From contig SVOA01000005.1 in NCBI GenBank assembly GCA_015066635.1, positions 2,057 through 66,056 of the forward strand: a stretch of 64,000 nucleotides of DNA. Direction: 5' to 3'. Of this stretch, positions 29,078-39,749 are shown one piece after another. The position numbers were made by a program, and so were the translations under genes. Below the pieces are notes generated by a model. The model was not told the origin of the DNA and did no database searches. It saw only the letters and a program-made list of their open reading frames with translations. Numbering within the stretch: position 1 is the stretch's first letter; each line of letters opens with the position of its first letter. This stretch comes from Oscillospiraceae bacterium. GTDB lineage: Bacteria > Bacillota > Clostridia > Oscillospirales > Acutalibacteraceae.

Positions 29078-29614
29078 ATGAGAAAAAAGACGGCATCGTA
29101 TTTTTACGATTTTACATCAATCATAATTTCATCACTTATCTGCGTTACCGTGATTTTTACCTTTGCGTTTAAGATTTCCACGGTTAACGGCGGGTCTATG
29201 CTCAATACCCTTCACAACGGCGACAAGCTTATAGTTACCTCGCTTCACAAACAGCCCGAGCGCGGCGACATAGTTATAATTTCACAGCCAAACGCCTACG
29301 CAAAAATTCTTGTAAAAAGAGTTATTGCAACGGGCGGACAGACAGTTGAAATAAATACTGTCAAGGGCGTTGTAATTGTTGACGGCGAGGAGCTTTACGA
29401 GCCGTATCTGAGCGTAAAGACCAAGGTCCTCGGCGACGGCTTTACATATCCCGTAACTGTACCTGAGGGCTTTGTATTTGTAATGGGCGATAACCGTAAC
29501 GAGTCGGCTGACAGCCGTTTTGCAGGCGTTGGTTTTATTGACGAGAGATATATACTCGGAACGGCAGTTTATAAAATAGGCGACAGAGCTTTACTGAATT
29601 CGGAGTGGAAATGA
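29078..29614 (+). CDS. lepB: Signal peptidase I (copy 2, tandem paralog)
   Basis: VNGGSMLNTLHNGD, VKRVIATGGQTV and GDNRNESADSR. It starts 1 nt after copy 1. Confidence 0.85.
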   Translation: MRKKTASYFYDFTSIIISSLICVTVIFTFAFKISTVNGGSMLNTLHNGDKLIVTSLHKQPERGDIVIISQPNAYAKILVKRVIATGGQTVEINTVKGVVIVDGEELYEPYLSVKTKVLGDGFTYPVTVPEGFVFVMGDNRNESADSRFAGVGFIDERYILGTAVYKIGDRALLNSEWK

Positions 29615-30489
29615 GCGACAGCGTAAAACAAAATGTACAGTGGTTCCCCGGTCATATGGCAAAAACGAGAAGGCTTATCAAAGAGAGCCTTCCTTTAGTT
29701 GACGCCGTTACCGAGATAGTTGACGCGCGTATGCCGATTTCCTCGAGAAACCCAGAGCTTCGTGAAATCATAGGAAACAAGCCTTTGATAATACTTCTCA
29801 ACAAGTGCGATGTGGCGGACCCCAAGGCAACGGAGGAGTGGATAGCGTACTTCAAAAGCAAGGGCGATTCATGTCTTGCGGTTGACTGTAAGTCGGGAAA
29901 CGGACTTAAAAATTACGCTCCGCTTTTAAGAACGGTCTTAAAGGACAGGATTGCTGCCAACGAAGCAAAGGGGATGAAAGGTAAACCCTTGAGAATAATG
30001 GTTGTCGGAATTCCCAACACGGGCAAGTCCTCATTTATAAATAAAATGGCGGGCAGGAACCGTGCCAAGGTTGCCGATAAGGCAGGTGTTACAAGACAGA
30101 ATCAATGGTTCGTAATAGACAACGGCATAGAGCTGCTTGACACGCCCGGTGTTCTGTGGCCCAAGTTTGACGACCCGAAGGTAGGCGACAGACTTGCTTT
30201 TATAGGCTCGGTCAAGGATGAGGTCTTTGACAATGAAACCCTTGCCGTAAGACTTATTGAGGTACTTAAAAACGGTTATGCGGACAGACTTACCGAGCGT
30301 TATAAAATAACCGATTTTGAGGACTGCGAAGCGTGGGAGATTCTTGAACTTATCGGCAAAAAAAGAGGTATGATGATGAGAGGCGGCGAGGTCGATACCC
30401 TGCGCGCTTCCGTAATGCTTCTCGACGAATACCGTGCGGGAAAGCTCGGCAAGCTCACGCTTGACAGTATCGGAGAATTAAATGGTTGA
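29611..30489 (+). CDS. rbgA: Ribosome biogenesis GTPase A (YlqF/RbgA)
   Basis: VQWFPGHMAKT, circularly permuted G motifs (LNKCD...GIPNTGKSS...DTPG). ATGA overlap with the preceding stop. Confidence 0.9.
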   Translation: MSDSVKQNVQWFPGHMAKTRRLIKESLPLVDAVTEIVDARMPISSRNPELREIIGNKPLIILLNKCDVADPKATEEWIAYFKSKGDSCLAVDCKSGNGLKNYAPLLRTVLKDRIAANEAKGMKGKPLRIMVVGIPNTGKSSFINKMAGRNRAKVADKAGVTRQNQWFVIDNGIELLDTPGVLWPKFDDPKVGDRLAFIGSVKDEVFDNETLAVRLIEVLKNGYADRLTERYKITDFEDCEAWEILELIGKKRGMMMRGGEVDTLRASVMLLDEYRAGKLGKLTLDSIGELNG

Positions 30490-31081
30490 TTACAGCATAG
30501 AAAACGAATATGCCGACAATGGCTATAAGACAATATGCGGCATTGACGAGGCAGGACGCGGACCTCTTGCGGGACCCGTGTGCGCGGCAGCGGTAATTAT
30601 GCCGTCGGGCTGTGAAATAGAGGGACTCAACGACTCAAAAAAACTTACCGAAAAAAAGAGAGAGGCGCTTTTTGATGTAATCAGAGAAAAGGCGCTCGCC
30701 TATTCGGTTGCTTTTGCGGATGAGAAGGAAATTGACGAAATCAATATACTCAACGCCACCTTCCTTGCCATGAAACGCGCCGTTGAAGGACTTGAAATCA
30801 CACCCGATTTACTGCTTGTTGACGGTAATCAGAAGCCCAAAACGGGCATTGACGAGGTAACCGTTGTAAAGGGCGATGCAAAGTCTGTTTCCATAGCCGC
30901 CGCTTCGGTGCTTGCCAAGGTTTCAAGGGACAGACTTATGCTTGAATACGCAAAGAAGTATCCCGAGTATGAGTTTGAAAAGCATAAAGGGTACGGCACC
31001 AAACTTCACTACGAGAAAATTGCCGAGTACGGCATTAGCGAAATACACAGAAAAACCTTTTTAAAGAAAATAACGGGGTAA
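30482..31081 (+). CDS. rnhB: Ribonuclease HII
   Basis: ICGIDEAGRGPLAGPV, DSKKL and ASVLAKVSRD motifs. Confidence 0.92.
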   Translation: MVDYSIENEYADNGYKTICGIDEAGRGPLAGPVCAAAVIMPSGCEIEGLNDSKKLTEKKREALFDVIREKALAYSVAFADEKEIDEINILNATFLAMKRAVEGLEITPDLLLVDGNQKPKTGIDEVTVVKGDAKSVSIAAASVLAKVSRDRLMLEYAKKYPEYEFEKHKGYGTKLHYEKIAEYGISEIHRKTFLKKITG

Positions 31082-31083
31082 TT

Positions 31084-31446
31084 ATGAATACTGCGCTTAC
31101 GGGTGCTTTCGGCGAATTGACTGTCGGGAGATACCTTCGTGAAAACGGATATAATATTATAGCCTCAAACTATCGCTGCCGTTTCGGAGAGATAGATATT
31201 ATAGCGGGCGACAGACATAACATTATGTTTGTCGAGGTAAAGACAAGAAGCAACCCCGACGCTGCCATAAAGGCGGCGGACGCCGTTGACGCAGGCAAAA
31301 TCAAAAGAATTATTGCCGCCGCAAACTTCTTTCTGACTCAGTACGAAACAAAGCTTCAGCCGAGATTTGATGTTGCCGAGGTCTATGTTGACGGCACCGA
31401 AGTCAAAAAACTCAATTACATTAAAAACGCTTATTCGGCTGACTGA
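31084..31446 (+). CDS. yraN: YraN family (UPF0102) endonuclease-like protein
   Basis: GELTVGRYLRENGYNIIASNYRCRFGEIDIIA...FVEVKTR is the classic YraN pattern. The position after rnhB is conserved. Confidence 0.85.
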   Translation: MNTALTGAFGELTVGRYLRENGYNIIASNYRCRFGEIDIIAGDRHNIMFVEVKTRSNPDAAIKAADAVDAGKIKRIIAAANFFLTQYETKLQPRFDVAEVYVDGTEVKKLNYIKNAYSAD

Positions 31447-31482
31447 AATTATAAATAATCACCACGGACAGGATGTGACGTA

Positions 31483-32976
31483 ATGTTCTATACAAGCACA
31501 AGAGACAATACCGTTAAGGTTACGTCTGCTCAGGCAATCGCAAAGGGAATTTCGTCCGACGGCGGACTTTTTGTCCCCACGGAAATTCCGAAGCTGAGTC
31601 TTGACGATTTAAAGAGAATTTCATCCCTTGACTATATAGGCAGGGCAAAGGAAATATTAAGATTCTATCTTACCGACTTTACGGAGGATGAGCTTGATAT
31701 GTGCGTAAACGGCGCATACAAAAAGGGCAAGTTTTCTTCGGACAAGGTCGCCCCGCTTTATAAACTCAACGATAGGGAGAATATACTTGAACTCTGGAGA
31801 GGACCTACCTGCGCTTTCAAGGATATGGCGCTCCAGCTGCTTCCGTATCTTCTTAGCGTTTCCGCGGGAAAGACCTTAAAGGATACTAAAATTGTTATCC
31901 TTGTCGCTACCTCGGGAGACACGGGCAAGGCGGCGCTTGAAGGCTTCAGGGACGTTCCGAATACCGAAATACTTGTATTTTATCCCGTCGACGGCGTAAG
32001 TCCCATGCAGAAGCTTCAGATGACCACGCAGGAGGGAAGCAACGTAAATGTCTGCGCCATCAAGGGCAATTTTGACGACGCACAGAGCGGAGTCAAGGCA
32101 ATATTTACCGATAAGGAAACAGAAAAGAAATTTGCAGAGAATAAACTTGCGTTTTCTTCGGCGAATTCCATCAACTGGGGACGTCTTGTGCCTCAGATAG
32201 TTTATTATGTTTCCGCATACTGCGATATGGTTTCCGCGGGCAGTATAAAGCTCGGGGATGAAATCAACATAGTAGTTCCGACGGGTAATTTCGGAAATAT
32301 ACTCGCCGCATACTATGCAAAGGAGATGGGCGTTCCCGTAAAGAAGCTCATCTGTGCGTCAAACGCAAACAACGTTCTGACAGATTTTCTGACGGGCGGC
32401 ACCTATGACAAAAACAGAGACTTTTACTGCACGGCTTCCCCGTCAATGGATATACTTATTTCCTCAAATCTCGAGAGACTTCTGTATATTCTTTCGGGCT
32501 ATGATGACAGTACCGTAAGGGAGCTTATGTCAAAGCTTGCCTCCGACGGCAGATATACCGTTTCGGATAAAATGCTTTCGGACATTAAGTCCCTCTTTGC
32601 TGCGGGTTACTGCGACGATAACGGCACAAAGAGAACCATCAGGGAGATTTTTGAAAAATACGATTACTTAATTGATACTCATACGGCGGTTGCGGTCAGA
32701 GTTTACGAAGATTACGCCGAAAAAACGGGAGACGCTACGCCTGCCGTTATCGCCTCTACGGCTAATCCCTATAAATTCTCTGCGAGTGTGCTTTCCGCTA
32801 TAAGCGACAGAGTTGAATCAACGGACGAATTCTCAATGGTCGATGAGCTTTACAAAAAGACGGGCAAAGAGATTCCCGTTCAGCTCGCAACTCTCAAGGG
32901 CAAAACACCGAGATTTACGGGCGTTGCGGAAAAGAGCGAAATGCCTGCTGTCGTCCTCGGTATGCTCGGACTTTAA
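31483..32976 (+). CDS. thrC: Threonine synthase (long form)
   Basis: MFYTSTRDN...GISSDGGLFVP...PTCAFKDMALQ (PLP lysine). 497 aa. Confidence 0.92.
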   Translation: MFYTSTRDNTVKVTSAQAIAKGISSDGGLFVPTEIPKLSLDDLKRISSLDYIGRAKEILRFYLTDFTEDELDMCVNGAYKKGKFSSDKVAPLYKLNDRENILELWRGPTCAFKDMALQLLPYLLSVSAGKTLKDTKIVILVATSGDTGKAALEGFRDVPNTEILVFYPVDGVSPMQKLQMTTQEGSNVNVCAIKGNFDDAQSGVKAIFTDKETEKKFAENKLAFSSANSINWGRLVPQIVYYVSAYCDMVSAGSIKLGDEINIVVPTGNFGNILAAYYAKEMGVPVKKLICASNANNVLTDFLTGGTYDKNRDFYCTASPSMDILISSNLERLLYILSGYDDSTVRELMSKLASDGRYTVSDKMLSDIKSLFAAGYCDDNGTKRTIREIFEKYDYLIDTHTAVAVRVYEDYAEKTGDATPAVIASTANPYKFSASVLSAISDRVESTDEFSMVDELYKKTGKEIPVQLATLKGKTPRFTGVAEKSEMPAVVLGMLGL

Positions 32977-32993
32977 AGAATCGGTAAATTGTT

Positions 32994-33203
32994 ATGTATA
33001 AGCATTTATGTACGGTTTTTGATTTGAAATCAAAATATGAGATTTCAAATCTGCTTGAGAAGAATTCGGTGGAATACCGTTTAAAGCATAGCAGAACAAG
33101 GCTTGCCACGGAACGCGACGTCAAGACGTATCACAGATATCGGTTCCGTGTCAAACGCCGTAACCTCGCAGAAGCGCAGGCACTTACAGACAGCATTATG
33201 TAA
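32994..33203 (+). CDS. Hypothetical small basic protein (69 aa)
   Basis: The ORF lies between the thrC stop and the first terminator hairpin, so it would be on the thrC transcript. There is no clear RBS and I recognise no family. Confidence 0.4.
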   Translation: MYKHLCTVFDLKSKYEISNLLEKNSVEYRLKHSRTRLATERDVKTYHRYRFRVKRRNLAEAQALTDSIM

Positions 33204-33229
33204 AAGCGGAAGTTTATTTCCGCTTTTGT
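33203..33229. terminator. Bidirectional terminator (thrC unit / DUF1540 gene)
   Basis: aaagcggaa-gttta-ttccgcttt followed by a T-rich run, between convergent ORFs. Confidence 0.7.
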
Positions 33230-33232
33230 GCT

Positions 33233-33385
33233 TTAATGTCTGTCCTCACATTCGTAGGTCGAGCATTTTGCTTCGCAACTGTCGGACGGGCTTGAGAAGT
33301 CAACGCTGATACAGTCGGCTGTGCACTCGCAGTTTCCGCCGTGATATATACAGTTGCTTACGTCACATTTGATTTTTCTTTTCAT
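33233..33385 (-). CDS. DUF1540-type cysteine-rich small protein (50 aa; absent from the ORF track because it is under 60 aa)
   Basis: My minus-strand translation is MKRKIKCDVSNCIYHGGNCECTADCISVDFSSPSDSCEAKCSTYECEDRH, followed by a stop. RBS AAAGGAGT lies 7 nt upstream. The C-x-V-x-N-C...C-x-A-x-x-I-x-V pattern resembles DUF1540. Confidence 0.7.
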   Translation of the reverse strand: MKRKIKCDVSNCIYHGGNCECTADCISVDFSSPSDSCEAKCSTYECEDRH

Positions 33386-33467
33386 AATATACTCCTTTGC
33401 ACCTTTTTTGTACCATTAGTGTTGGTATAATTACGGCAGATATTCAAATTGTTTGAGGTATTTTTTT

Positions 33468-34163
33468 ATGTCACTTTTTGCAATAGGCGACACGCATCTT
33501 TCCTTCGGCACGGACAAACCGATGAACGTTTTCCGCGGCTGGGACAATTATGTTGAGCGCCTTGAAACAAACTGGAAAACTCTGGTAGGGGCTGACGATA
33601 CGGTAGTCATTATGGGCGACGTTTCGTGGGCTATGAATTTTGACGAATTAAAAAAAGACCTCGAATTCATCAACTCTCTGCCGGGACAGAAGATTATACT
33701 CAAGGGCAACCACGACTACTGGTGGAATACCCTCTCAAAAATGAACGCCTTTTTAAAGGAAAATTCCTTTGACACTGTAAAATTTCTGTATAACAACGCC
33801 TATCCCGTAGGCAATATAAGCGTCTGCGGTACAAGAGGCTGGTTTTTTGACTGTGAGGAGGAGCACGCCGAGAAGATAGTGCTCAGAGAGGCAGGCAGAC
33901 TCAGAACCTCAATACAAAAGGGCAGAGAAACGGGACTTGAACCCGTGGTATTTCTTCATTATCCGCCGCTCAGCAAGACCGAAATATGTCAGCCGATCTT
34001 TAATGTGCTCAAAGAGGAGTGCATACGTTACTGCTATTATGCGCACCTTCACAGCGCGTCGGCATACAATTCGTTTAACGGCGAGTACGAGGGGATAAGA
34101 TTTGAACTTCTCTCGGCTGATTATCTGAAATTCTGTCCGAGAAAGCTTAATGAAATAAAATAA
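33468..34163 (+). CDS. Metallophosphoesterase (calcineurin-like)
   Basis: FAIGDTHL, GDVSW and GNHDYWW metal-binding motifs. ATG 33468 preferred over TTG 33453. Confidence 0.8.
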   Translation: MSLFAIGDTHLSFGTDKPMNVFRGWDNYVERLETNWKTLVGADDTVVIMGDVSWAMNFDELKKDLEFINSLPGQKIILKGNHDYWWNTLSKMNAFLKENSFDTVKFLYNNAYPVGNISVCGTRGWFFDCEEEHAEKIVLREAGRLRTSIQKGRETGLEPVVFLHYPPLSKTEICQPIFNVLKEECIRYCYYAHLHSASAYNSFNGEYEGIRFELLSADYLKFCPRKLNEIK

Positions 34164-34240
34164 GAAAAAAGTATGGCATTTTATAACATTATCTGTTATA
34201 ATAATAAAGATATCCTAATATTTATTGGAGGAAAGTATAA

Positions 34241-35680
34241 ATGAGTTTGAATTCATCAAAAAAAATCGACGAAAACACCTGGGAAATAGAAGTAGGCGTT
34301 GACGCCGAAACCTTTAAAGATGCCGTAAACAAGGCTTATTTAAAGCAGAGAAAAAAGATTAACGTACCCGGCTTCCGCAAGGGCAAGGCACCCAAAGCCA
34401 TGATTGAAAAAATGTACGGTACGGGCGTGTTCTATGAGGACGCTCTCGAGATAGTTTATCCCGACGCTGTCGGCGCTGCTATCGAGGAGGCAAAGCTTGA
34501 CGTTATCGACACACCCTATGACCTTGATGTCAAGGAAATCGGAGACAACGGAGTTGTAATGACTCTCAAGGTTACCGTTAAGCCCGAGGTTAAGCTCGGC
34601 AAATATAAGGGCATAAAGGTTGAGAAACCTGCCGTTAAGGTCGGCGCAGACGAGGTCAAGAACCGCCTTAACCAGATGCTTGAGCAGAACGCTTCGGTTT
34701 CAACCGTTGAAACCGACAGAAAGGTAAAGAAAAACGACATAGCCGTTATCGACTTTGAGGGCTTTGTTGACGGCAAGGCGTTTGACGGCGGTAAGGGCGA
34801 GAATCACGAGCTTGAAATCGGCAGCGGCCATTTTATCCCCGGTTTTGAGGACCAGATTATCGGTCATAAAAAGGGCGAGGAGTTTGACGTAAACGTTAAG
34901 TTCCCCGAGGACTATGCCGAGGAGCTTTCGAACAAGGACGCAGTTTTCAAGGTAAAGCTTCACGAAATCAAGGTAAAGAGCGTTCCCGCGCTTGACGACG
35001 AATTTGCAAAGGACAACGGCTTTGATACCCTTGACGAGCTCAAAAAGGATATAAAGAAGGAAATAGAAACTCAGAGACAGCAGGCAATCGATTCTCAGGC
35101 AAACAACGAGGTACTCGATAAGGTTGCCGAGGCAGTAGAGGCCGTTATTCCCGACTGTATGATAGAGAAGAAAATCGACCAGGATATTCAGGACTTTGCA
35201 TACAGACTTCAGGCTCAGGGTATGGATTACAAGACTTATCTCAAGTACACCGGTACAGATGAGGCATCTATCCGCACTATGTATAAGGATCAGGCCGAGA
35301 AGCAGGTCAAGCTCGACCTTGCTCTTGAGCAGATTATCGAGAAAGAAAAACTCGACGTTACCGATAAGGAAATCGAGGAAGAATACAAGAAGTACAGCGA
35401 AGCATATAATATGGATGTTGACCAGATCAAGAAGTTCATCCCCGAGGAAAACCTCAAGCCCGACCTTCTTCAGAGAAAGGCGGTTGACCTTGTAATCGAC
35501 AACGCTGTATTTACAAAGGAAACTGCGGCAAAGAAGGCAGAGGAAAAGCCTGCGGCACAAAAGAAGCCCGCGGCTAAAAAGACCGCTGCCAAGGCGGATG
35601 CGGAGAAAAAGCCCGCAGCAAAGAAACCCGCTGCAAAAAAGGCTCCCGCCAAAAAGACGGAAAAGAAGGATAAGGAATAA
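34241..35680 (+). CDS. tig: Trigger factor with a Lys/Ala/Pro-rich C-terminal extension
   Basis: GFRKGKAP ribosome-binding motif, an FKBP-type PPIase region and a position upstream of clpP-clpX. The C-terminal roughly 50 aa are AAKK/KPAAKK repeats. Confidence 0.93.
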   Translation: MSLNSSKKIDENTWEIEVGVDAETFKDAVNKAYLKQRKKINVPGFRKGKAPKAMIEKMYGTGVFYEDALEIVYPDAVGAAIEEAKLDVIDTPYDLDVKEIGDNGVVMTLKVTVKPEVKLGKYKGIKVEKPAVKVGADEVKNRLNQMLEQNASVSTVETDRKVKKNDIAVIDFEGFVDGKAFDGGKGENHELEIGSGHFIPGFEDQIIGHKKGEEFDVNVKFPEDYAEELSNKDAVFKVKLHEIKVKSVPALDDEFAKDNGFDTLDELKKDIKKEIETQRQQAIDSQANNEVLDKVAEAVEAVIPDCMIEKKIDQDIQDFAYRLQAQGMDYKTYLKYTGTDEASIRTMYKDQAEKQVKLDLALEQIIEKEKLDVTDKEIEEEYKKYSEAYNMDVDQIKKFIPEENLKPDLLQRKAVDLVIDNAVFTKETAAKKAEEKPAAQKKPAAKKTAAKADAEKKPAAKKPAAKKAPAKKTEKKDKE

Positions 35681-35762
35681 TCACTGATTAAATTCTATTT
35701 ATTCTTTCAATAATTATTAAGGGAAATTCGGATAAGGGAAATATTATTTGGAGGTTAGTTTT

Positions 35763-36365
35763 ATGGCATTGGTACCTTATGTAGTTGAACAGACTAACAG
35801 AGGCGAACGCTCATACGACATTTTTTCAAGACTTTTAAACGACAGAATTATCGTTCTTTCGGACGAGGTTAACGATGCGACTGCATCTCTTGTAGTTGCT
35901 CAGCTTCTTTACCTTGAGGGTCAGGACCCCGATAAGGACATCAGTCTTTATATCAATTCTCCCGGCGGCTCGGTAACTGCAGGCTTTGCAATTTATGATA
36001 CAATGCAGTACATCAAGTGCGACGTTTCCACTATCTGTATGGGTATGGCAGCATCAATGGGCGCCTTCCTGCTGAGCGCGGGAACAAAGGGTAAGAGATA
36101 TGCTCTGCCGAATTCGGACATTATGATTCATCAGCCCTCGGGCGGCGCTCAGGGACAGGCAACCGAGATTGAAATAACCGCAAAGCACATTTTAAAGACT
36201 AAGGAAAAGCTCAATAAAATTCTTGCGGAGAATACAGGCAAGCCCATTGAGGTCATCGCGGCAGATACCGACAGAGATAACTTCATGTCAGCCGAGGAGG
36301 CTCTTGAATACGGACTTATTGATAAGGTTCTTTACAAGAGAAATAACGCGGAAGGTGCCGAATAA
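35763..36365 (+). CDS. clpP: ATP-dependent Clp protease proteolytic subunit
   Basis: [31 protein letters not shown] (catalytic Ser) and IHQP (His). ATG 35763 follows TGGAGG. Confidence 0.96.
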   Translation: MALVPYVVEQTNRGERSYDIFSRLLNDRIIVLSDEVNDATASLVVAQLLYLEGQDPDKDISLYINSPGGSVTAGFAIYDTMQYIKCDVSTICMGMAASMGAFLLSAGTKGKRYALPNSDIMIHQPSGGAQGQATEIEITAKHILKTKEKLNKILAENTGKPIEVIAADTDRDNFMSAEEALEYGLIDKVLYKRNNAEGAE

Positions 36366-36367
36366 AA

Positions 36368-37651
<1,284 letters not shown>

Positions 37652-37673
37652 CGCAAAAATGCAATAAAAAATC

Positions 37674-37706
37674 AAAGCCGATTGTCAAACAGGACAGTCG
37701 GCTTTT
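37674..37706 (+). terminator. Terminator after clpX
   Basis: aaagccgattgtc-aaacag-gacagtcggcttt (one G-U pair) followed by TTT. Confidence 0.65.
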
Positions 37707-37727
37707 GCTTAAAATCAGGGAGACTTT

Positions 37728-38591
37728 ATGAGGAAATCAAAGAGAATTGATTTTTCAAACAGAAACATAAAAAAGGCAAAAAGAGTCAGAACATTTATTA
37801 TCGCCTTTGCGGCGTTTGTAATTGTTCTGGGTTCGGTTTCCCTGCTTATTTTTATGAAAGACCTGAACTTTGATTTAAAGAATTTGGTTTCAAAAAAGGA
37901 AACGACAACCGTTGCCGAGGAGACGACAACCGCTGTCGAGCCGGTTGAGCTTGAGGGCACAACCAAGCTTATTACGGCTATTGCAAACGCCGAAGGAAAA
38001 CTTACCTCGGTATATGCCGTTATTACCGATTTTGAAAAGAAGGAAATCAAGGTTTACAGCATACCCGTAAGTACTGTCGGCAGTTACGATACAATATCGG
38101 GAACTCTTGTCGAGATTTATGACAAATACGGAATTCTCGGTTTAAAGAGAGCGGCAGAAGGTGTTTACGGCGTCAGCTTCAACAGATATATAGCTTCAAG
38201 CGAGCCCATATTCAGAGGGTTACTCGCAAAGCTTGACGATGTTACCGTTGAACTGGATGAGCCGCTCGACGGCAGCACCTCCGACGGACTTGTGCTTGAC
38301 AAGGGCAGGCAGAGTCTTACTCCGGAGATGTATGTCAAATATCTTAATCTCTGCCCTGAGAGTAAAAAGGCAGAGACTTTCGCCGCACTTTTACAAGTAA
38401 TTATTTCCGAAAATAATTCGGATAATCTTTCAAATCAGTTTACCTTTATTGCAAACAACACTCAGACCGATATAACCATAATCGACTATTCAAACGAGGA
38501 AAAGAAAATAAAGGGATTTATATCCTCTGAGGGAAAAATTATTCCCGAGGCAGATACAGATAAATTAAACGGGGTAAAAGATGAGAAGTAA
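37728..38591 (+). CDS. Membrane-anchored protein with a degenerate LytR-CpsA-Psr (LCP)-like domain
   Basis: One N-terminal TM segment. SVYAVITDFEKKEIKVYSIPVST and the following segment follow the LCP core pattern, but the conserved Arg/Asp (R-x-D-T, P-R-D) are missing. The functional call has low confidence. Confidence 0.45.
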   Translation: MRKSKRIDFSNRNIKKAKRVRTFIIAFAAFVIVLGSVSLLIFMKDLNFDLKNLVSKKETTTVAEETTTAVEPVELEGTTKLITAIANAEGKLTSVYAVITDFEKKEIKVYSIPVSTVGSYDTISGTLVEIYDKYGILGLKRAAEGVYGVSFNRYIASSEPIFRGLLAKLDDVTVELDEPLDGSTSDGLVLDKGRQSLTPEMYVKYLNLCPESKKAETFAALLQVIISENNSDNLSNQFTFIANNTQTDITIIDYSNEEKKIKGFISSEGKIIPEADTDKLNGVKDEK

Positions 38592-39735
38592 AAAGCTGTT
38601 AAAACTTATAGGCATTTTAGTCTTTTGTGTGTGTGCGTATATGGTTCTTGACACACTCGGAGTCTTCCCCACCGACTTCTCGGATGTCGATATGATATAC
38701 GAGGGCGGGGGATATGAGCGCTTCTATTACAATACTCTGAGTGAGAACGGCAAAATTGCCTACACGCTTATACTTCCGAAATTAAGCGAGCATGAGGAGC
38801 AGATTGAAATTCCGAAGCTTTCAGAGGACGAAATATCGGATGTGGTCGGCGCGATTTTTTACGACAACCCCGAAATGATTTGCATAGGCAGACAGTACAG
38901 AACACTGACCTTAAACGGCAAATTCTTTTTTGAACCTACATATAACCACACTCTTACCGAGCATACGGGCTGCACATCGGCGCTTGAAAGTGCGGTCGGC
39001 AGGGCTTTGTCGGGTGTAAAAAACAGTATGAACGACTACGAAAAGGAGCTTTATTTCCACGACTATATCTGCAAAATCTGCAGTTATGCCACGGATGCCG
39101 AGCAGTCGGCGGGATATGACTGCGACACCGATGACGCTCTTGTTTCGGGTACTGCGGTTTGCGAGGGTTACTCAAAGGCGTTTCAGCTGCTTTTGAATAA
39201 GGCGGGTGTTCCCAATTACCTTGTTGTCGGCAGTGCCGACGAGGAGGACGGCAGCACCTCAAACCATATGTGGAATGTCGTAACAATAGGCATGGAGAAT
39301 TATTACGTTGATATTACCTGGGATGACAATGACGACGAGCCGGGTATGGACGAGGTGTGTTACTTCTATTTCAACGTAAATGACGATATTCTGTCCAAAA
39401 CCCACCATGATATTATTCCCGCATCAAACAACTGTACAAGTATGAAGGCAAACTACTACAATGTTAACGGCGATATGTACGAGCGCTTCGGACCGACGGA
39501 AAAGGCCAGAATGTCAAACAGAATCTGCCAGAACGTGAGAAAATCCGAACCGAAGCTCGAGATGTTCTTTACCGACAGCGAAGAATTTGACAAGGCTGTA
39601 GAGGCGCTTAAAGACAACAGGGAGATATTCGACCTTGTTGATGAAGCGAGAAAAACCGACAGACGTATCAACTATAACTATGCGCAATACTATATTGTGG
39701 CGGACAGCAACTATATGATTATTAACTTTTCCTGA
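38581..39735 (+). CDS. Membrane-anchored transglutaminase-like (papain-fold) domain protein
   Basis: N-terminal TM segment. [17 protein letters not shown] ... NHMWNVV ... D is the Cys-His-Asp transglutaminase core arrangement. 11-nt overlap with the upstream gene. Confidence 0.75.
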   Translation: MRSKKLLKLIGILVFCVCAYMVLDTLGVFPTDFSDVDMIYEGGGYERFYYNTLSENGKIAYTLILPKLSEHEEQIEIPKLSEDEISDVVGAIFYDNPEMICIGRQYRTLTLNGKFFFEPTYNHTLTEHTGCTSALESAVGRALSGVKNSMNDYEKELYFHDYICKICSYATDAEQSAGYDCDTDDALVSGTAVCEGYSKAFQLLLNKAGVPNYLVVGSADEEDGSTSNHMWNVVTIGMENYYVDITWDDNDDEPGMDEVCYFYFNVNDDILSKTHHDIIPASNNCTSMKANYYNVNGDMYERFGPTEKARMSNRICQNVRKSEPKLEMFFTDSEEFDKAVEALKDNREIFDLVDEARKTDRRINYNYAQYYIVADSNYMIINFS

Positions 39736-39749
39736 CAGGAGGTTTTGTT

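Noticed and set aside
34700-35560. A 286-aa minus-strand ORF.
   Set aside because: It is antisense to trigger factor, whose identity is unambiguous. The sequence is a Leu/Val/Cys-rich mirror-frame product with no motifs.
35521-35680. A nucleotide-level periodicity (aagaa(a/g)cccgc(g/t)gc...) that superficially resembles a short tandem repeat array.
   Set aside because: It is in frame within tig and encodes the KPAAKK tail. It is not a CRISPR or VNTR-type non-coding repeat. It is reported instead as a protein-level oddity.
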